Shown here: piece by piece, positions 28,192 to 38,609 of the stretch
How positions within the stretch are numbered: position 1 is the first letter of the stretch
How the letters are laid out: each line of letters begins with the position of its first letter
IMG/VR virus record: IMGVR_UViG_3300050821_005814
Location: 42,806-106,805 of that record
DNA from: a virus
Length of the DNA: 64,000 nucleotides
Direction: 5' to 3' (one strand)
Translations under genes and position numbers: made by a program
The notes under the pieces: model-generated
Seen by the model: only the letters and a program-made list of their open reading frames with translations
What the model was told of the DNA's origin: nothing
The model's database searches: none

Positions 28192-28346
28192 TCTCAATCG
28201 CAACCGTCAGCGCGGTGCTAGCAGCAGTCCTTGTTGGGCTGCTGCTTGTCTACCTGGCGTTTCGGCTTGCGGGGGCCGCTTGGTACCGCTCCAAGCAAGA
28301 GTTCAGTAACCCAGGTACCGTGACGACGACCAACAACGAGGAGTAG
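28188..28346 (+). CDS. Small membrane protein (52 aa)
   Basis: Manual translation from the GTGA overlap; single TM. Confidence 0.45.
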   Translation: MISIATVSAVLAAVLVGLLLVYLAFRLAGAAWYRSKQEFSNPGTVTTTNNEE

Positions 28347-28349
28347 ACT

Positions 28350-29660
28350 ATGCCATACCGTTATCAGGAACGTTCAAAGCAGGATTGGGACAAGCGTCGC
28401 AATCAAAAGGTCGGCGGGGACTTCCAAGGCGTCATCCTCAGCGACTTCCCAGTCTACAAGGTGCGTGACGGCGCCAACAATGTCCGCATCTTCCCGCCGA
28501 CATGGGATGCGCCCGACCACTATGGCATGGACGTCTTCATTCACAACAACGTCGGCCCTGGTCGCGCTGTCGTGCTTTGCCTGCGCAGCCACAAAAATCG
28601 CAAATGCCCGCTATGTGAAGCGCAGGTCGCGGCGGACAAGGACGGCGACGAAGAGTCCGCAAAGGCGCTGAAGGTCAATCGCCGTGTGCTCGTCTGGATC
28701 CTCGATCGCGATGACGAAGCAAAGGGACCGCAGCTTTGGGCGATGCCGGCCAGTCTGGACAAGGACATCACCAAGGCGACTGAAGACCGACAGACGCATG
28801 CGACTCTCAACATCGACGACCCAGTCGAGGGACATGATGTCTACTTCGACAAGGAGGGCAGTCGCCTGACGACGAAGTACAACGGCGTGCAGGTTGCACG
28901 ACGACCGTCAAAGGTTGCCGGCAAGTGGATGGAATATGTCGTCAAGAACCCGCTCGATACTGTTCTGCGTTGGCGCAACTACACGGAAATGCTCGCGCTA
29001 TATGAGGGCGGCACAGCGGACGATGACGACAAGGACGATGATCGTCCAGCGCGCGGACGTTCTCGCGACGATGATGACGATGATCGCAGACCAGCGCGTA
29101 ACAGGTCACGCGACGACGATGATGCCCCACCAGCGCGTCGTCGGCGGGATGATGATGACGACGATGATCGTCCACGCAGACCGCGGCGCGAAGACGATGA
29201 TGACGATGCGCGGTCCGCTCGTCGACGCGAGGAAGACGATGAGCCGCCTCGTCGCACTCGCCGTGACGATGACGATGATGCAGACGACCGCAGACCAACA
29301 ACAGCCCGTCGCAGTCGGCGTGAAGACGATGATGACGCGCCTGCGCCGCGCAGGACGACACGCGAGAAGCTGGATAAGGAGGACGACGATCCGCCCCCAA
29401 GGTCTTCCCGCCGCAACAAGGACCTGGACGATGATGATGTCCCCTGGGATCGGTTGGAGGGGAAGGAACGCGGGAAGGGGAATGGGAAGGACGATCCGGA
29501 CGAGGATCGCGCGAGCTCCAGGCGCTCCCGGGACGCGGATGACGAGGATCGTCCCCGTCGTAGCAGGGGAGAGGATGACGACCCCCCTGCAAGGCGCTCT
29601 GGGAGCTCCCGCGCGGAGGAGCTTAGCCGCGCCTTCAAAGAGCGTAACCGGCGCGACTGA
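28350..29660 (+). CDS. gp32-like single-stranded DNA-binding protein with long Asp/Arg-rich tail
   Basis: NxVRIxPP, HxxVG, CL......CPLCE zinc site, DPVEGHD, TKY; about 215-aa low-complexity C-terminus. Confidence 0.75.
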   Translation: MPYRYQERSKQDWDKRRNQKVGGDFQGVILSDFPVYKVRDGANNVRIFPPTWDAPDHYGMDVFIHNNVGPGRAVVLCLRSHKNRKCPLCEAQVAADKDGDEESAKALKVNRRVLVWILDRDDEAKGPQLWAMPASLDKDITKATEDRQTHATLNIDDPVEGHDVYFDKEGSRLTTKYNGVQVARRPSKVAGKWMEYVVKNPLDTVLRWRNYTEMLALYEGGTADDDDKDDDRPARGRSRDDDDDDRRPARNRSRDDDDAPPARRRRDDDDDDDRPRRPRREDDDDDARSARRREEDDEPPRRTRRDDDDDADDRRPTTARRSRREDDDDAPAPRRTTREKLDKEDDDPPPRSSRRNKDLDDDDVPWDRLEGKERGKGNGKDDPDEDRASSRRSRDADDEDRPRRSRGEDDDPPARRSGSSRAEELSRAFKERNRRD

Positions 29661-30658
29661 TGCAGCGCGTATCCCTCGGTAGTGAGGAGAAGGAGTCGCC
29701 CCGCAAGGCGGCTCCTGACTTCTATGTCAGCTCCGGCTCAACCCTCCTAGACCTCGTCCTGGGTGGGGGATGGCCGCGCGGACGCATCATGAACATAGTT
29801 GGAGATCGTTCAGTCGGTAAGACGGGGTTGGCAATTGAAGCGTGCGCTAACTTTGCGCGCGTCGGTAGTTCCAAATGCTGCCGCTATGGCGAGGCTGAGT
29901 CTGCATTTGATGATGCCTATGCAGAGATGCTTGGCATGCCAAAGGGTATCACGCGTCCGACTGATCCGCTTGAGACAGTCGAGCAATTCCATGATGACCT
30001 CGATGCATTCCTCAAGAAGGGTATCAAGGTCAAGCCGCTGTTCTATGTGCTGGACTCACTTGATGCGCTATCAGACGCAGCGGAGATGGATCGCGGCATG
30101 GAAGAGGCGACCTATGGTCAGGACAAAGCGAAGCAGCTATCCAAGCTGTTCCGCAAGCTGACGAGCCGCCTCGAACACGAAGACTGCTCACTCTTTGTCA
30201 TCAGCCAGGTGCGCGACAACATCGGCGTCAAGTTCGGCCCGAAGACCAAGCGGTCTGGCGGCAAAGCGCTGGACTTCTATGCGTCGCAGATACTCTGGCT
30301 AAGTCAGCTACGCCAACTAAAGCGCACAGTGCGCGGCGTTGAGCGCACCTATGGGATTGAGGTGCGCGTGCGGGCGACGAAGAACAAAGTCGGACTGCCG
30401 TTCCGCGAGGCTGACATCCAGCTCATATTCAACTACGGCATCGACGATGAAATGTCCATGATCGAGTATCTGAAGAAGTACAAAGCATGGACAGGCGCTG
30501 ACAAATTGGAGAGCGTGCAGCGTGCTATCGTCAAGGCGCGTGAGGCGCAGGACCGCGAGCATGTCGATCATTTGCGCGAACTGCTCGCTGAGGATGTCAT
30601 CTCACACTGGATGGGTATCGAGGCGCAGATCGAACCCCCCATGCGAAAGTATGCATAG
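29660..30658 (+). CDS. recA: RecA/UvsX recombinase
   Basis: SSGS..LDLVLGGGWPRGRI, GDRSVGKT, VLDSL, ISQVRDNIG, SGGKALDFYAS, KNKVGLPFR. Confidence 0.95.
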   Translation: MQRVSLGSEEKESPRKAAPDFYVSSGSTLLDLVLGGGWPRGRIMNIVGDRSVGKTGLAIEACANFARVGSSKCCRYGEAESAFDDAYAEMLGMPKGITRPTDPLETVEQFHDDLDAFLKKGIKVKPLFYVLDSLDALSDAAEMDRGMEEATYGQDKAKQLSKLFRKLTSRLEHEDCSLFVISQVRDNIGVKFGPKTKRSGGKALDFYASQILWLSQLRQLKRTVRGVERTYGIEVRVRATKNKVGLPFREADIQLIFNYGIDDEMSMIEYLKKYKAWTGADKLESVQRAIVKAREAQDREHVDHLRELLAEDVISHWMGIEAQIEPPMRKYA

Positions 30659-30966
30659 GTGTCAACGCATCCCCCTGCATTCTTCCGTGATCTGCTGCGT
30701 GACTATCGCATGAAGCGCGTGCGCATGTGGTTTGTCACGTTCGAAGGTGACAACTCCCCTCCCGGCGGTCGCGATAGCGTCAAAGCCGTTGACTGTAGTT
30801 GTGAAGGGTGCCGCATGCAGAATGCAGCGCATCTCATTCGTGCAGCGCTTGATCTGGCGGGGGAACGGTTTGAAGAGTGCATGGCAAGCGCCAAGCAAAG
30901 CTACCAGATGGACAACGCTCAACGACCTGATCGCTTAAACTGACTACCAGAACCAAGGGGAATACC

Positions 30967-33666
30967 GTGGCTGATTTCGACCTCGAGGCATTTCGCGCCG
31001 AAGTACTGTCTGACCCACTGGTGCAAAACGTATGGGAGAACAAGTACCGCTGGAAGTCACTCGACGGTAGCAGCGAAGCAAGTATCGCTGCATCGCAGAC
31101 GCGCGTGATCAACGCGGTCTACGCTAATGACCCAAGCAACAACGCACGCGTTGACGCATTCCTTGCGCTACAGCAGGGGTACTTTCTCCCTGGCGGCCGC
31201 ATCAACGCAGGCGCAGGTACCAGTCGGCGCGTGACGCTACTGAACTGCTATGTCGGGGAAACGATCCAAGACTCCATGCAGGGCATTCAGCGCGCAATCA
31301 TGCGTGCTGCATTCACGCTGCAACAAGGCGGCGGGATTGGGCATGACTTCTCAACGCTCCGCCCAGCAGGCGCTATAGTCCGGCGGACGGGATCAGTCGC
31401 GTCTGGCCCCATCCCTTACATGGACCAAATGTCCGCGATGTCTGAGACCGTGTGTTCGGCTGGCGAACGGCGCGGCGCAATGATGATGACGCTTGCCGAC
31501 TGGCACCCTGATCTCTGGCATGAGAATCAGTTCGAGACGTTCAACGACTACAACGGGCGCCCCAAGCTATTCAACCCTAGTTTCATCAGCGTCAAGCGGC
31601 AGCAGGGACGACTGACGCAGACGAACATCTCAGTACTCGTGTCAGACTCATTCATGCAGGCCGTCCACAGAGGTGATCATTGGGACATGGGGCATTGGGT
31701 GCCGCGCGCCGACGGTAAGCATGTCGACGTGTATGAGCGGCGGTTCCCCTACGACGAACTCGAGCTTGACAACGATCTGCATCCTGTGCACGGCGCAAAG
31801 CTCAAGAAGCAAGGCGAGATGCATCCCTTCTATGTCTACCAGCGTGTGCCTGCGCAGCGCATTTGGCATGACATCATGGAAGCGACCTACAAGTACGCAG
31901 AGCCTGGCGTCCTCTACATCGACAAAATTAATGCCCGCAACAACCTGAGCTACTGCGAAGACATAGTCGCAACCAACCCTTGCGGCGAACAGCCGCTCCC
32001 GCCATTCGGGTGCTGCTGCTTAGGGTCTGTCAATGCCGCATTTATGGTGCTGGACCCATTCACTGAGAATGCACGCTTTGACTGGAATACGTTTCACGGT
32101 GTAACGGGTATCGGCGTCCGCTTCCTCGACAATGTGCTGGATATCGCGACCTATCCGCTCGAACAGCAGCAGCGTGAGTCGATGAACAAGCGGCGCATTG
32201 GTCTTGGTCTGACTGGCGTCGCTGATGCTTGCGCGCAACTGCGCCTGCGCTACGGTAGCTGGGATGCTATCGACTTCATGCGGCAGCTATCCCATCGCTT
32301 GCGCGAGTCATCCTATATCACATCAGCGAAGCTTGCTTCTGAGCGCAGCCCGTTCCCGCTGTACAACCGGGACGACTTCATGAAGTCGCCGAATGTGCAA
32401 GCACTTGAGTCAAGCACGCGCGCACTCATTGAGAAGCATGGCATCCGCAATGGCGTGCTCAACACAGTCGCGCCTAATGGGACGATCTCGACCTACAGCG
32501 GCAACACGGGGCAAGGCATTGAACCCGTCTACGCATTCGGCGGATACAATCGCAAGGTGCGCCAACCTGATGGCAAGCTCATCGACTATAAGGTGCTGAA
32601 CTATGCTGAGCGCATGTACGCTGCGAAGTTTCCCAACCATACAACGCCCGCCTACTTCGTTGGCGCAGAGCAGCTCACGCCGAGCGAACACATTCGCATG
32701 CAGGCTGCCTGTCAGGAGGGTATCGATGCCAGCATCTCGAAGACCGTCAACTGCCCAACATCGCTCTCCTTCGCGGACTTTGTCAACGTCTACATGGAAG
32801 CCTATCAGCTCGACTGCAAAGGCTGCACGACCTACCGTCCTGACCCCGATTCAGGCCGCGGTTCGGTACTCTCTATTGACACACCGTCTGGTGATCACGT
32901 AGTCGTAGAGAGGCTTCTGCAAGATGCCAATATCATAGGTGTAGCTGGAGCTTTCAATTCTGAAGCAATCAAGGCAACAGTCGATGCGTTGGAGGCAGTC
33001 ATTCAAAACGACTTGCGGGAGACTACCTACCCAGTAGCGCCGCGCGCTAGCGTGCTTGCAGGACATACTTACAAGCTGAAATGGCCAACGACCGGCGCCA
33101 ATTGGTACATCACCATCAACCATGACGAAGACAACTACCCGTCGGAGGTCTTCATCGTTGGCAGCGGGGAGAAGGCTGCTGAGAGCACTGAATGGATCCA
33201 AGCTACCAGCCGCTTGCTGACTGCTGTCCTGCGGCGAGGGGGTGATATCAAGTTCCTCGTCAACGAACTCGCTGCGATATGCTCATCAAGCGGCGGGGCC
33301 TTCATCAAGGAGCAGCACAAGCACCGCCCCTCAATCGTTGCAGCGATTGGCGGCATCCTTGAGACCGAGTTCCGTGAGCTTGGGTTGTTTAGTCTGCCTG
33401 AATCAGTATCTGAACCCGAGCCTGGCGGCCGTACAGTAAGCGTCCCGACTCAAGGCGATGGCGGCACATCAGCGTTCGTTGCTCCGCGCACAGTCGGTGT
33501 TACGATCTATGCAGGCGGCGTTGGAGGGAATGGCGGAGGCAACGCGTCAGCGTTTGCGCCTGGCATCGTTGGAGTAGACACCTGCCCGCAATGCTACTCA
33601 ACGCCACTCGTCCATGAGCAGGGATGCCTGCGCTGCCTCAATTGCGACTGGAATAAGTGCGGCTGA
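30967..33666 (+). CDS. nrdJ: Class II (B12-dependent) ribonucleotide reductase with fused C-terminal NrdJb/TSCPD-like domain
   Basis: FLPGGRI, NCYV, GGGIGHDFS.LRP, RRGAMM, TNPCGEQPL, APNGTIS, ISKTVN, KGCTTYR, C-terminal CPQC...GC.RC.NC. Confidence 0.95.
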   Translation: MADFDLEAFRAEVLSDPLVQNVWENKYRWKSLDGSSEASIAASQTRVINAVYANDPSNNARVDAFLALQQGYFLPGGRINAGAGTSRRVTLLNCYVGETIQDSMQGIQRAIMRAAFTLQQGGGIGHDFSTLRPAGAIVRRTGSVASGPIPYMDQMSAMSETVCSAGERRGAMMMTLADWHPDLWHENQFETFNDYNGRPKLFNPSFISVKRQQGRLTQTNISVLVSDSFMQAVHRGDHWDMGHWVPRADGKHVDVYERRFPYDELELDNDLHPVHGAKLKKQGEMHPFYVYQRVPAQRIWHDIMEATYKYAEPGVLYIDKINARNNLSYCEDIVATNPCGEQPLPPFGCCCLGSVNAAFMVLDPFTENARFDWNTFHGVTGIGVRFLDNVLDIATYPLEQQQRESMNKRRIGLGLTGVADACAQLRLRYGSWDAIDFMRQLSHRLRESSYITSAKLASERSPFPLYNRDDFMKSPNVQALESSTRALIEKHGIRNGVLNTVAPNGTISTYSGNTGQGIEPVYAFGGYNRKVRQPDGKLIDYKVLNYAERMYAAKFPNHTTPAYFVGAEQLTPSEHIRMQAACQEGIDASISKTVNCPTSLSFADFVNVYMEAYQLDCKGCTTYRPDPDSGRGSVLSIDTPSGDHVVVERLLQDANIIGVAGAFNSEAIKATVDALEAVIQNDLRETTYPVAPRASVLAGHTYKLKWPTTGANWYITINHDEDNYPSEVFIVGSGEKAAESTEWIQATSRLLTAVLRRGGDIKFLVNELAAICSSSGGAFIKEQHKHRPSIVAAIGGILETEFRELGLFSLPESVSEPEPGGRTVSVPTQGDGGTSAFVAPRTVGVTIYAGGVGGNGGGNASAFAPGIVGVDTCPQCYSTPLVHEQGCLRCLNCDWNKCG

Positions 33667-33680
33667 AGGGGAGACACTAA

Positions 33681-34592
33681 ATGACCATCACGGCCAAAGT
33701 CATATGCGACAGCATAGCAGAGTGGGGTAACAGCATAGCAGAGTGGGGTATCCGCCTGACAACGATGCAGCTTCGCTATCCGAAGTTTATCCATGGCGAG
33801 TTCATGACGCACCGCAAGTTCAGCCGCAACGCGTCATCATCGCGTGCTATCCCAGTCAAGCGCCTCATTCAAGATGTAATCTCAGATCCTGCGATCCCCA
33901 TATACTGGGGTAAGAACATGCCAGGCATGCAGGCCATCGAAGAATTCACAGACAATGAACGCGATGCTATGATCGAATGGTGGCTCGAACTTCGCGACAT
34001 GGCCGTCAAGCAAGCTTCGATGATGAGCCGCAATGGGCTGCATAAGCAGCTAGTCAACCGCATGATTGAGCCCTGGTGCCATATCAACGTTGTAGTCACG
34101 TCGACCGAGTGGGCCAACTTTGATGCGCTGCGCTGCCATCCCGCTGCTCAACCCGAAATGCGCGCACTCGCTGAAGCTATGCGGGATGCGCGCAAAGCAA
34201 GCAATCCAAGGTTCCTCAAACCGGGTGAATGGCATCTACCTTATGTGACTGACGATGAACTAAACGCGCTGGGGGGATACACGGCTGGTCAGCCAGACCA
34301 TAAAGATTGGCTCACCTTCATCAAGGCATCCGTGGCGCGCTGCGCTCGCGTGAGTTACTTGACGCAAGAAGGTAGAACGCCAACCTTTGGTGAAGACCTC
34401 GCGCTATATGATCGGTTGGTCGGCAGCGAGCCATTGCATGCATCACCTGCAGAGCATCAAGCAACGCCTGATACTCGCATGTCCGACGGCTTCCGAACTG
34501 ATCTATGGCGTCATCAAGAGCAGCATGCCAACTTCGTTGGCTGGCGGCAGTATCGTAAGATGCTGCCTAATGAGTATGTAGGAGATCGCTAA
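33681..34592 (+). CDS. thyX: Flavin-dependent thymidylate synthase
   Basis: EFMTHRKFSRNASSSRAIP, HKQLVNR, LRCHPAAQPE, ARCARVSY, HASPAEHQA. Confidence 0.9.
   Translation: MTITAKVICDSIAEWGNSIAEWGIRLTTMQLRYPKFIHGEFMTHRKFSRNASSSRAIPVKRLIQDVISDPAIPIYWGKNMPGMQAIEEFTDNERDAMIEWWLELRDMAVKQASMMSRNGLHKQLVNRMIEPWCHINVVVTSTEWANFDALRCHPAAQPEMRALAEAMRDARKASNPRFLKPGEWHLPYVTDDELNALGGYTAGQPDHKDWLTFIKASVARCARVSYLTQEGRTPTFGEDLALYDRLVGSEPLHASPAEHQATPDTRMSDGFRTDLWRHQEQHANFVGWRQYRKMLPNEYVGDR
33709..33750 (+). repeat. Perfect 21-bp tandem duplication inside thyX
   Basis: acagcatagcagagtggggta x2. Confidence 0.9.
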
Positions 34593-34593
34593 C

Positions 34594-35079
34594 ATGGACC
34601 TCGAGCCTGGCTACTACTGGGTGCAGTCAATCAATCCTGAGTACCCCGGGATTCACATTGCTGAGTGGCACGAACGCGGCTACTGGTATGACATGGGGGT
34701 TGAGGGGCATACAAGCTTCGGGGAGTACTGTGTCATGTCCCCGCGCTTGACTGACCCGACTGGCATCAACACATTCATTGCTGCTGATGGTACTGTCCGC
34801 CAAAGCTACTACGGCGACGGCAAGCAACCCTGGGATATCATAGTCGAACAGGGTTGGGGCATGTACTTTGCGGCGAGCAATGTGCTCAAGTACATCCGCC
34901 GCAAGAAGGATGGGGCGAAGGATCTCGAGAAGGCGCGCTGGTATTTCAATGCACTGCGCGAAATCGTCCGCGGTCCCCATCTCCGCACCGATCACTACCT
35001 GGACTCACTCGCTTGCATGGAACGCTTGCGCCACCTTCTCACAGATGGCGAGAAGGCGGACCTCCTGTGGTTGCAATAA
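34594..35079 (+). CDS. DUF3310-domain protein
   Basis: YY....QPWD.I...F..SNVLKY..R.K.G..DLEKARWY. Confidence 0.75.
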   Translation: MDLEPGYYWVQSINPEYPGIHIAEWHERGYWYDMGVEGHTSFGEYCVMSPRLTDPTGINTFIAADGTVRQSYYGDGKQPWDIIVEQGWGMYFAASNVLKYIRRKKDGAKDLEKARWYFNALREIVRGPHLRTDHYLDSLACMERLRHLLTDGEKADLLWLQ

Positions 35080-35277
35080 TCGCGCTCAACAGCAAGAACC
35101 GCCGCAACGCGCTTGAGCGTGATCGGCTTGCGCGCACCTATATGGCGGGTGTGCAGCGCATGCCTATCCCCGAGCTACAAGCAGCGCGGGCAGCAGCGGA
35201 GGTTGATGCTGACATCCCGCCATCGGTGAAGGCGCTGGTCTTGGAACGCTTCGACGAACTGATCATGGAGAGAGATA

Positions 35278-35523
35278 ATGAAGCGCGTCGCGCTCAAGCC
35301 GCAGCGCGCAAGCCTGTTTGAAGAACAGCTTGACGCAGCGCGGGATGCGCCAAAGACAGACCGCATGCGAATGCTCGTCGATGTCTTCTCGCATGTCTCC
35401 TACATCGGTGGTCAGATTGCACTCATGATTGAGAGCCGACGCGGGTTGACGATGACTGCTGTTGACGAGTTCGATGCGCGCTTGGCGAAAGCGCGCGAGA
35501 TACTCAAGAAGGTCAAGCAATGA
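35278..35523 (+). CDS. Hypothetical protein
   Basis: GGAGAGAG RBS; overlapping packing. Confidence 0.5.
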   Translation: MKRVALKPQRASLFEEQLDAARDAPKTDRMRMLVDVFSHVSYIGGQIALMIESRRGLTMTAVDEFDARLAKAREILKKVKQ

Positions 35524-35744
35524 GCGAGCGCCGTCCCATTCCCGACATGGGGTTAGCCTATGAGATCACGCGCGAGGGTGAGATCTATGCGCTTGCATAC
35601 ATGACGTCAGCAAACCACCTACGCAAGGAATGCCGTGTACACGGCTACTCCCCAAACAAGCACCTGATCAAACTATGCGGGCCGGACGGCAAGCGTCGAT
35701 GGTATGCAATCGCTACACTCGTTGAGAAGGTCTATGGCAAATGA
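35520..35744 (+). CDS. Stand-alone NUMOD4-like domain (no HNH part)
   Basis: RPIP....YEIT.EG.I...IKL...GKRR...IA.LV...Y. Confidence 0.45.
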   Translation: MSERRPIPDMGLAYEITREGEIYALAYMTSANHLRKECRVHGYSPNKHLIKLCGPDGKRRWYAIATLVEKVYGK

Positions 35745-36292
35745 GGCCGGGCGGTGGTCACGCTAAGGGGGCGGGCTTTGAGCGGCGCATATGCCGCGCT
35801 CTGTCAAGCTGGCTGACAGCAGGTGCACGCGACGACCTGTTCTCGCGGAACGTCTTGTCGGGCGGACAATTCACCGTCGCTAAAGGTAAGCGCGGCAGTC
35901 CCGGCGACATCACTGGCGTTGACCCCCTTGCAGCACCATTCCTTGCGCTGTTCGCAGTCGAGTGCAAGCACCATCGCTCGCTGTATCTCGAGCAGCTACT
36001 GCTGAAGCCGCTTGGCGATTCACCATTCGGGCGCATCATTGAAGACACGCGCCACCAAGCCCGCCTAGCAGGCAAGAGCTATCTTGTGATTGCGCAGCAG
36101 AACAGATGTGAAGCACTCGTTGTCATGGACCGCGCAATCGCCGCCTGCATTCTCTACAAGCCGCGCTCCTTCCAGTATCACCTTCTGCACAATGAGCGTA
36201 TAATGCTTATGCCGTTAGCGAGCTTCATGCGCGCTGACCCTGCTAAGTTCTTGGATGCCGTGCGTAACCGACACCTTCATCGCCAACCATAG
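35741..36292 (+). CDS. Holliday-junction resolvase (PD-(D/E)XK)
   Basis: KGAGFER.I, GDI, VECKH. Confidence 0.8.
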   Translation: MRPGGGHAKGAGFERRICRALSSWLTAGARDDLFSRNVLSGGQFTVAKGKRGSPGDITGVDPLAAPFLALFAVECKHHRSLYLEQLLLKPLGDSPFGRIIEDTRHQARLAGKSYLVIAQQNRCEALVVMDRAIAACILYKPRSFQYHLLHNERIMLMPLASFMRADPAKFLDAVRNRHLHRQP

Positions 36293-36301
36293 GAGATAGC
36301 G

Positions 36302-36772
36302 ATGCACTTGACACGAACTGGCTACAATGTCCTCGTCATCATCTGGCTTGCCCCGCTCGTTGTGCTGGACTTCATCGGCAATACCCTCACGACCGGCAGT
36401 CAGTCGGACATGTTCTACTACAAAACGATGGTCGACGGCTTGCTGATCGCCTATGCACTGTATCAGTGCTTCCGCCCAGCAACGGGCTCAGCATCGACAG
36501 TACATGCACGCATCGCCGACACGCATGACGAGGTCGTCGGCTTCGAAAAGCTTGGCGCAGCGGAGTACCTCTACTGCGCTATCCTGACGCTCTATGCGGC
36601 GGGCAATTGGTACTTCATGCACATGATCAACCGTGAGTCGACAGGTATCGTGTCCATTGCCACATTGGCATGGTCGTTCTTGTCGCTCGCAATTGCGCTG
36701 CTGTCGGCAGTACAATTCTACCATCTGAAGAGCGGCGCGATCGTCGAACTGAAGCACCGCATCGTCCAGTAA
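36302..36772 (+). CDS. Four-TM membrane protein
   Basis: AGGAG RBS; four hydrophobic segments. Confidence 0.65.
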   Translation: MHLTRTGYNVLVIIWLAPLVVLDFIGNTLTTGSQSDMFYYKTMVDGLLIAYALYQCFRPATGSASTVHARIADTHDEVVGFEKLGAAEYLYCAILTLYAAGNWYFMHMINRESTGIVSIATLAWSFLSLAIALLSAVQFYHLKSGAIVELKHRIVQ

Positions 36773-36825
36773 ACAGTCTCTCGGCCTAACTGCAGCCGTG
36801 GGCAGCAAGCCACGGCACTTATTCA

Positions 36826-37041
36826 ATGGAGGCAGGCGTGCCTACTGCTAAACCAGAAGCATCCGCATTCCACGGGTTTCTTGTGCAGAACCGCGCATCG
36901 GTCTGGCTCTGCTTCGCGATACTGATCGTATCGGCTGTCATGCACGCCCCAAGTTTCGCTAGTATGATCGCGCTCTGCATCGAGGCAATGCTGTTGGTCG
37001 TGCTACGCTGGGTCGCGCATGTTGAGGGACGCAACGCATAG
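36826..37041 (+). CDS. Small two-TM protein
   Basis: Hydrophobic 71-aa ORF. Confidence 0.45.
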   Translation: MEAGVPTAKPEASAFHGFLVQNRASVWLCFAILIVSAVMHAPSFASMIALCIEAMLLVVLRWVAHVEGRNA

Positions 37042-37051
37042 GAGGTTTACT

Positions 37052-37393
37052 ATGGAGACTGAAGACATTCCGGAGACAGGTCATGCGTCGGACTGGCTGC
37101 CTGCGACTGATCCACTGCTCGTTGGTCTGCTAGCAAAGCTTGGTGAAGAGTCAGGAGAACTTGCGACTATTTGCTCACGCTGCATTGCACAGGGCGGACT
37201 GGATGAGAAGGATCCCGCAACCGGCAAGCTTAACCGCGATGCACTGCAAGATGAGCTTGCTGACGTTTCTGCCATCAGCTTTCTCGCAGTCGAGTACCTA
37301 GCACTCAACATGCGAGCCATAATGGATCGCAGAGAGCGTAAGCGCGCGTTCAAGCGGCCGTGGTTTGACTGGCTAAAAAGCCTGCGCAAATGA
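37052..37393 (+). CDS. MazG-like NTP pyrophosphohydrolase
   Basis: KLGEESGEL...LQDELADV; AGGAGG RBS. Confidence 0.75.
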   Translation: METEDIPETGHASDWLPATDPLLVGLLAKLGEESGELATICSRCIAQGGLDEKDPATGKLNRDALQDELADVSAISFLAVEYLALNMRAIMDRRERKRAFKRPWFDWLKSLRK

Positions 37394-37634
37394 CGAGCGA
37401 ACGCAAATGCGAACCTTGGCGGTGCGGTGACGACTGCTGGGGCTTGCCTGGCTGTCAACATCCCGAGCGTACACCCTTCTACGAAATCCCCCTGCCGCGC
37501 TTCCCGCCGCCAGAAGACGATGCACTGATCAACGATCTGTTCTATCCAATCCAGCGCACGGCAATTGCGCGGCGCATACTCAGCATTGCGATCATACTGT
37601 TCACGCTCGTTGTCATCTACGGACTGCTGCGCCG

Positions 37635-38609
37635 ATGATCCTGACGACCGACCTTCACCTCGATGACAACCCAGACAACCTATACCGCTGGCTTGTCTTC
37701 GATACCATTGACGAGATTCTGCGCGAGACGAATGAGACTGAGCTGTTCATTCTCGGCGACCTGTGCGACCGCAAGGATCGGCATAGCGGTGAGTTGGTCA
37801 ACCAGCTTGTCCGCACATTCGCTGCGCTTAAGGCGGAGTCCATTATCATACTCATGGGCAACCATGATGCACCGCTGCGCGGCACCCCCTTCTGGTCGTT
37901 TCTTAATGAGCTGCCGCATGTGCGGTTCATCACGAAGCCGGTTGTACGCGGTAGTCTCGTGCTGCTGCCATCTTCGACCAATCCAAGCAAAGACTGGGCA
38001 GACATCGACTTCACGCACTACCAAGCCGCATTCATGCATCAGACCGTCAAGGGTGCGCAGCATAGCGTGATGCTGGAAGAGTCGCCAGGCATGGTTGAGT
38101 TCCCCAAGGGGCTGAAGGTCTACTCAGGGGATGTGCATGTGCAGCAGACTGTGCGCGGCATTGTGTATGTCGGGGCACCGCATCCTGTCAAGTTCGGCGA
38201 TGACTATTCATCGCGCATACTCATCCTTAACGACCGCTATGTGATCAAGGAGGAGGTCAAGCTCTACCCGCCGCGCAAGCATGTGCTGACTGTCAATTCA
38301 CTCGCCCAACTCAAAAGCATGAAGGTGAACGAAGGGGACCAGGCGCAGATCCGCATCAACATTCCCTCATCGAAGATGGAACAATGGCCGGTCGAACAGC
38401 AGGCTATTGCAGCTTGGGCAGCAGACAAGGGGTTGCGCATTGCTAGCATCGAGGCGACCGTTGAGATGGATGCGGAAGAGCAGCGCCAACAAGCGCCTGC
38501 GCTCGGCGCGGACCCGAAAGCTGTATTGCACGCGTATGCGAAGGCGGAAGGTCTGGACAAGCGGCGGATCGAGGTCGGGCTAGAGCTTCTCGAGGAGTCA
38601 GAAGGATGA
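37635..38609 (+). CDS. sbcD: SbcD/Mre11-like metallophosphoesterase nuclease
   Basis: TDLH, LGDL, GNHD, FMHQ, SGDVH, YVGAP..FGD. Confidence 0.9.
   Translation: MILTTDLHLDDNPDNLYRWLVFDTIDEILRETNETELFILGDLCDRKDRHSGELVNQLVRTFAALKAESIIILMGNHDAPLRGTPFWSFLNELPHVRFITKPVVRGSLVLLPSSTNPSKDWADIDFTHYQAAFMHQTVKGAQHSVMLEESPGMVEFPKGLKVYSGDVHVQQTVRGIVYVGAPHPVKFGDDYSSRILILNDRYVIKEEVKLYPPRKHVLTVNSLAQLKSMKVNEGDQAQIRINIPSSKMEQWPVEQQAIAAWAADKGLRIASIEATVEMDAEEQRQQAPALGADPKAVLHAYAKAEGLDKRRIEVGLELLEESEG

Noticed and set aside
28894-29682. Long alternative-frame ORFs over the SSB tail and over the histone-like gene (16839-17520)
   Set aside because: Shadow ORFs produced by low-complexity, GC-rich codons
30967-33666. 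Intein or intron in nrdJ (also checked polA, dnaB, recA, terL)
   Set aside because: No Cys...His-Asn splice junctions or homing-endonuclease motifs; frames are continuous
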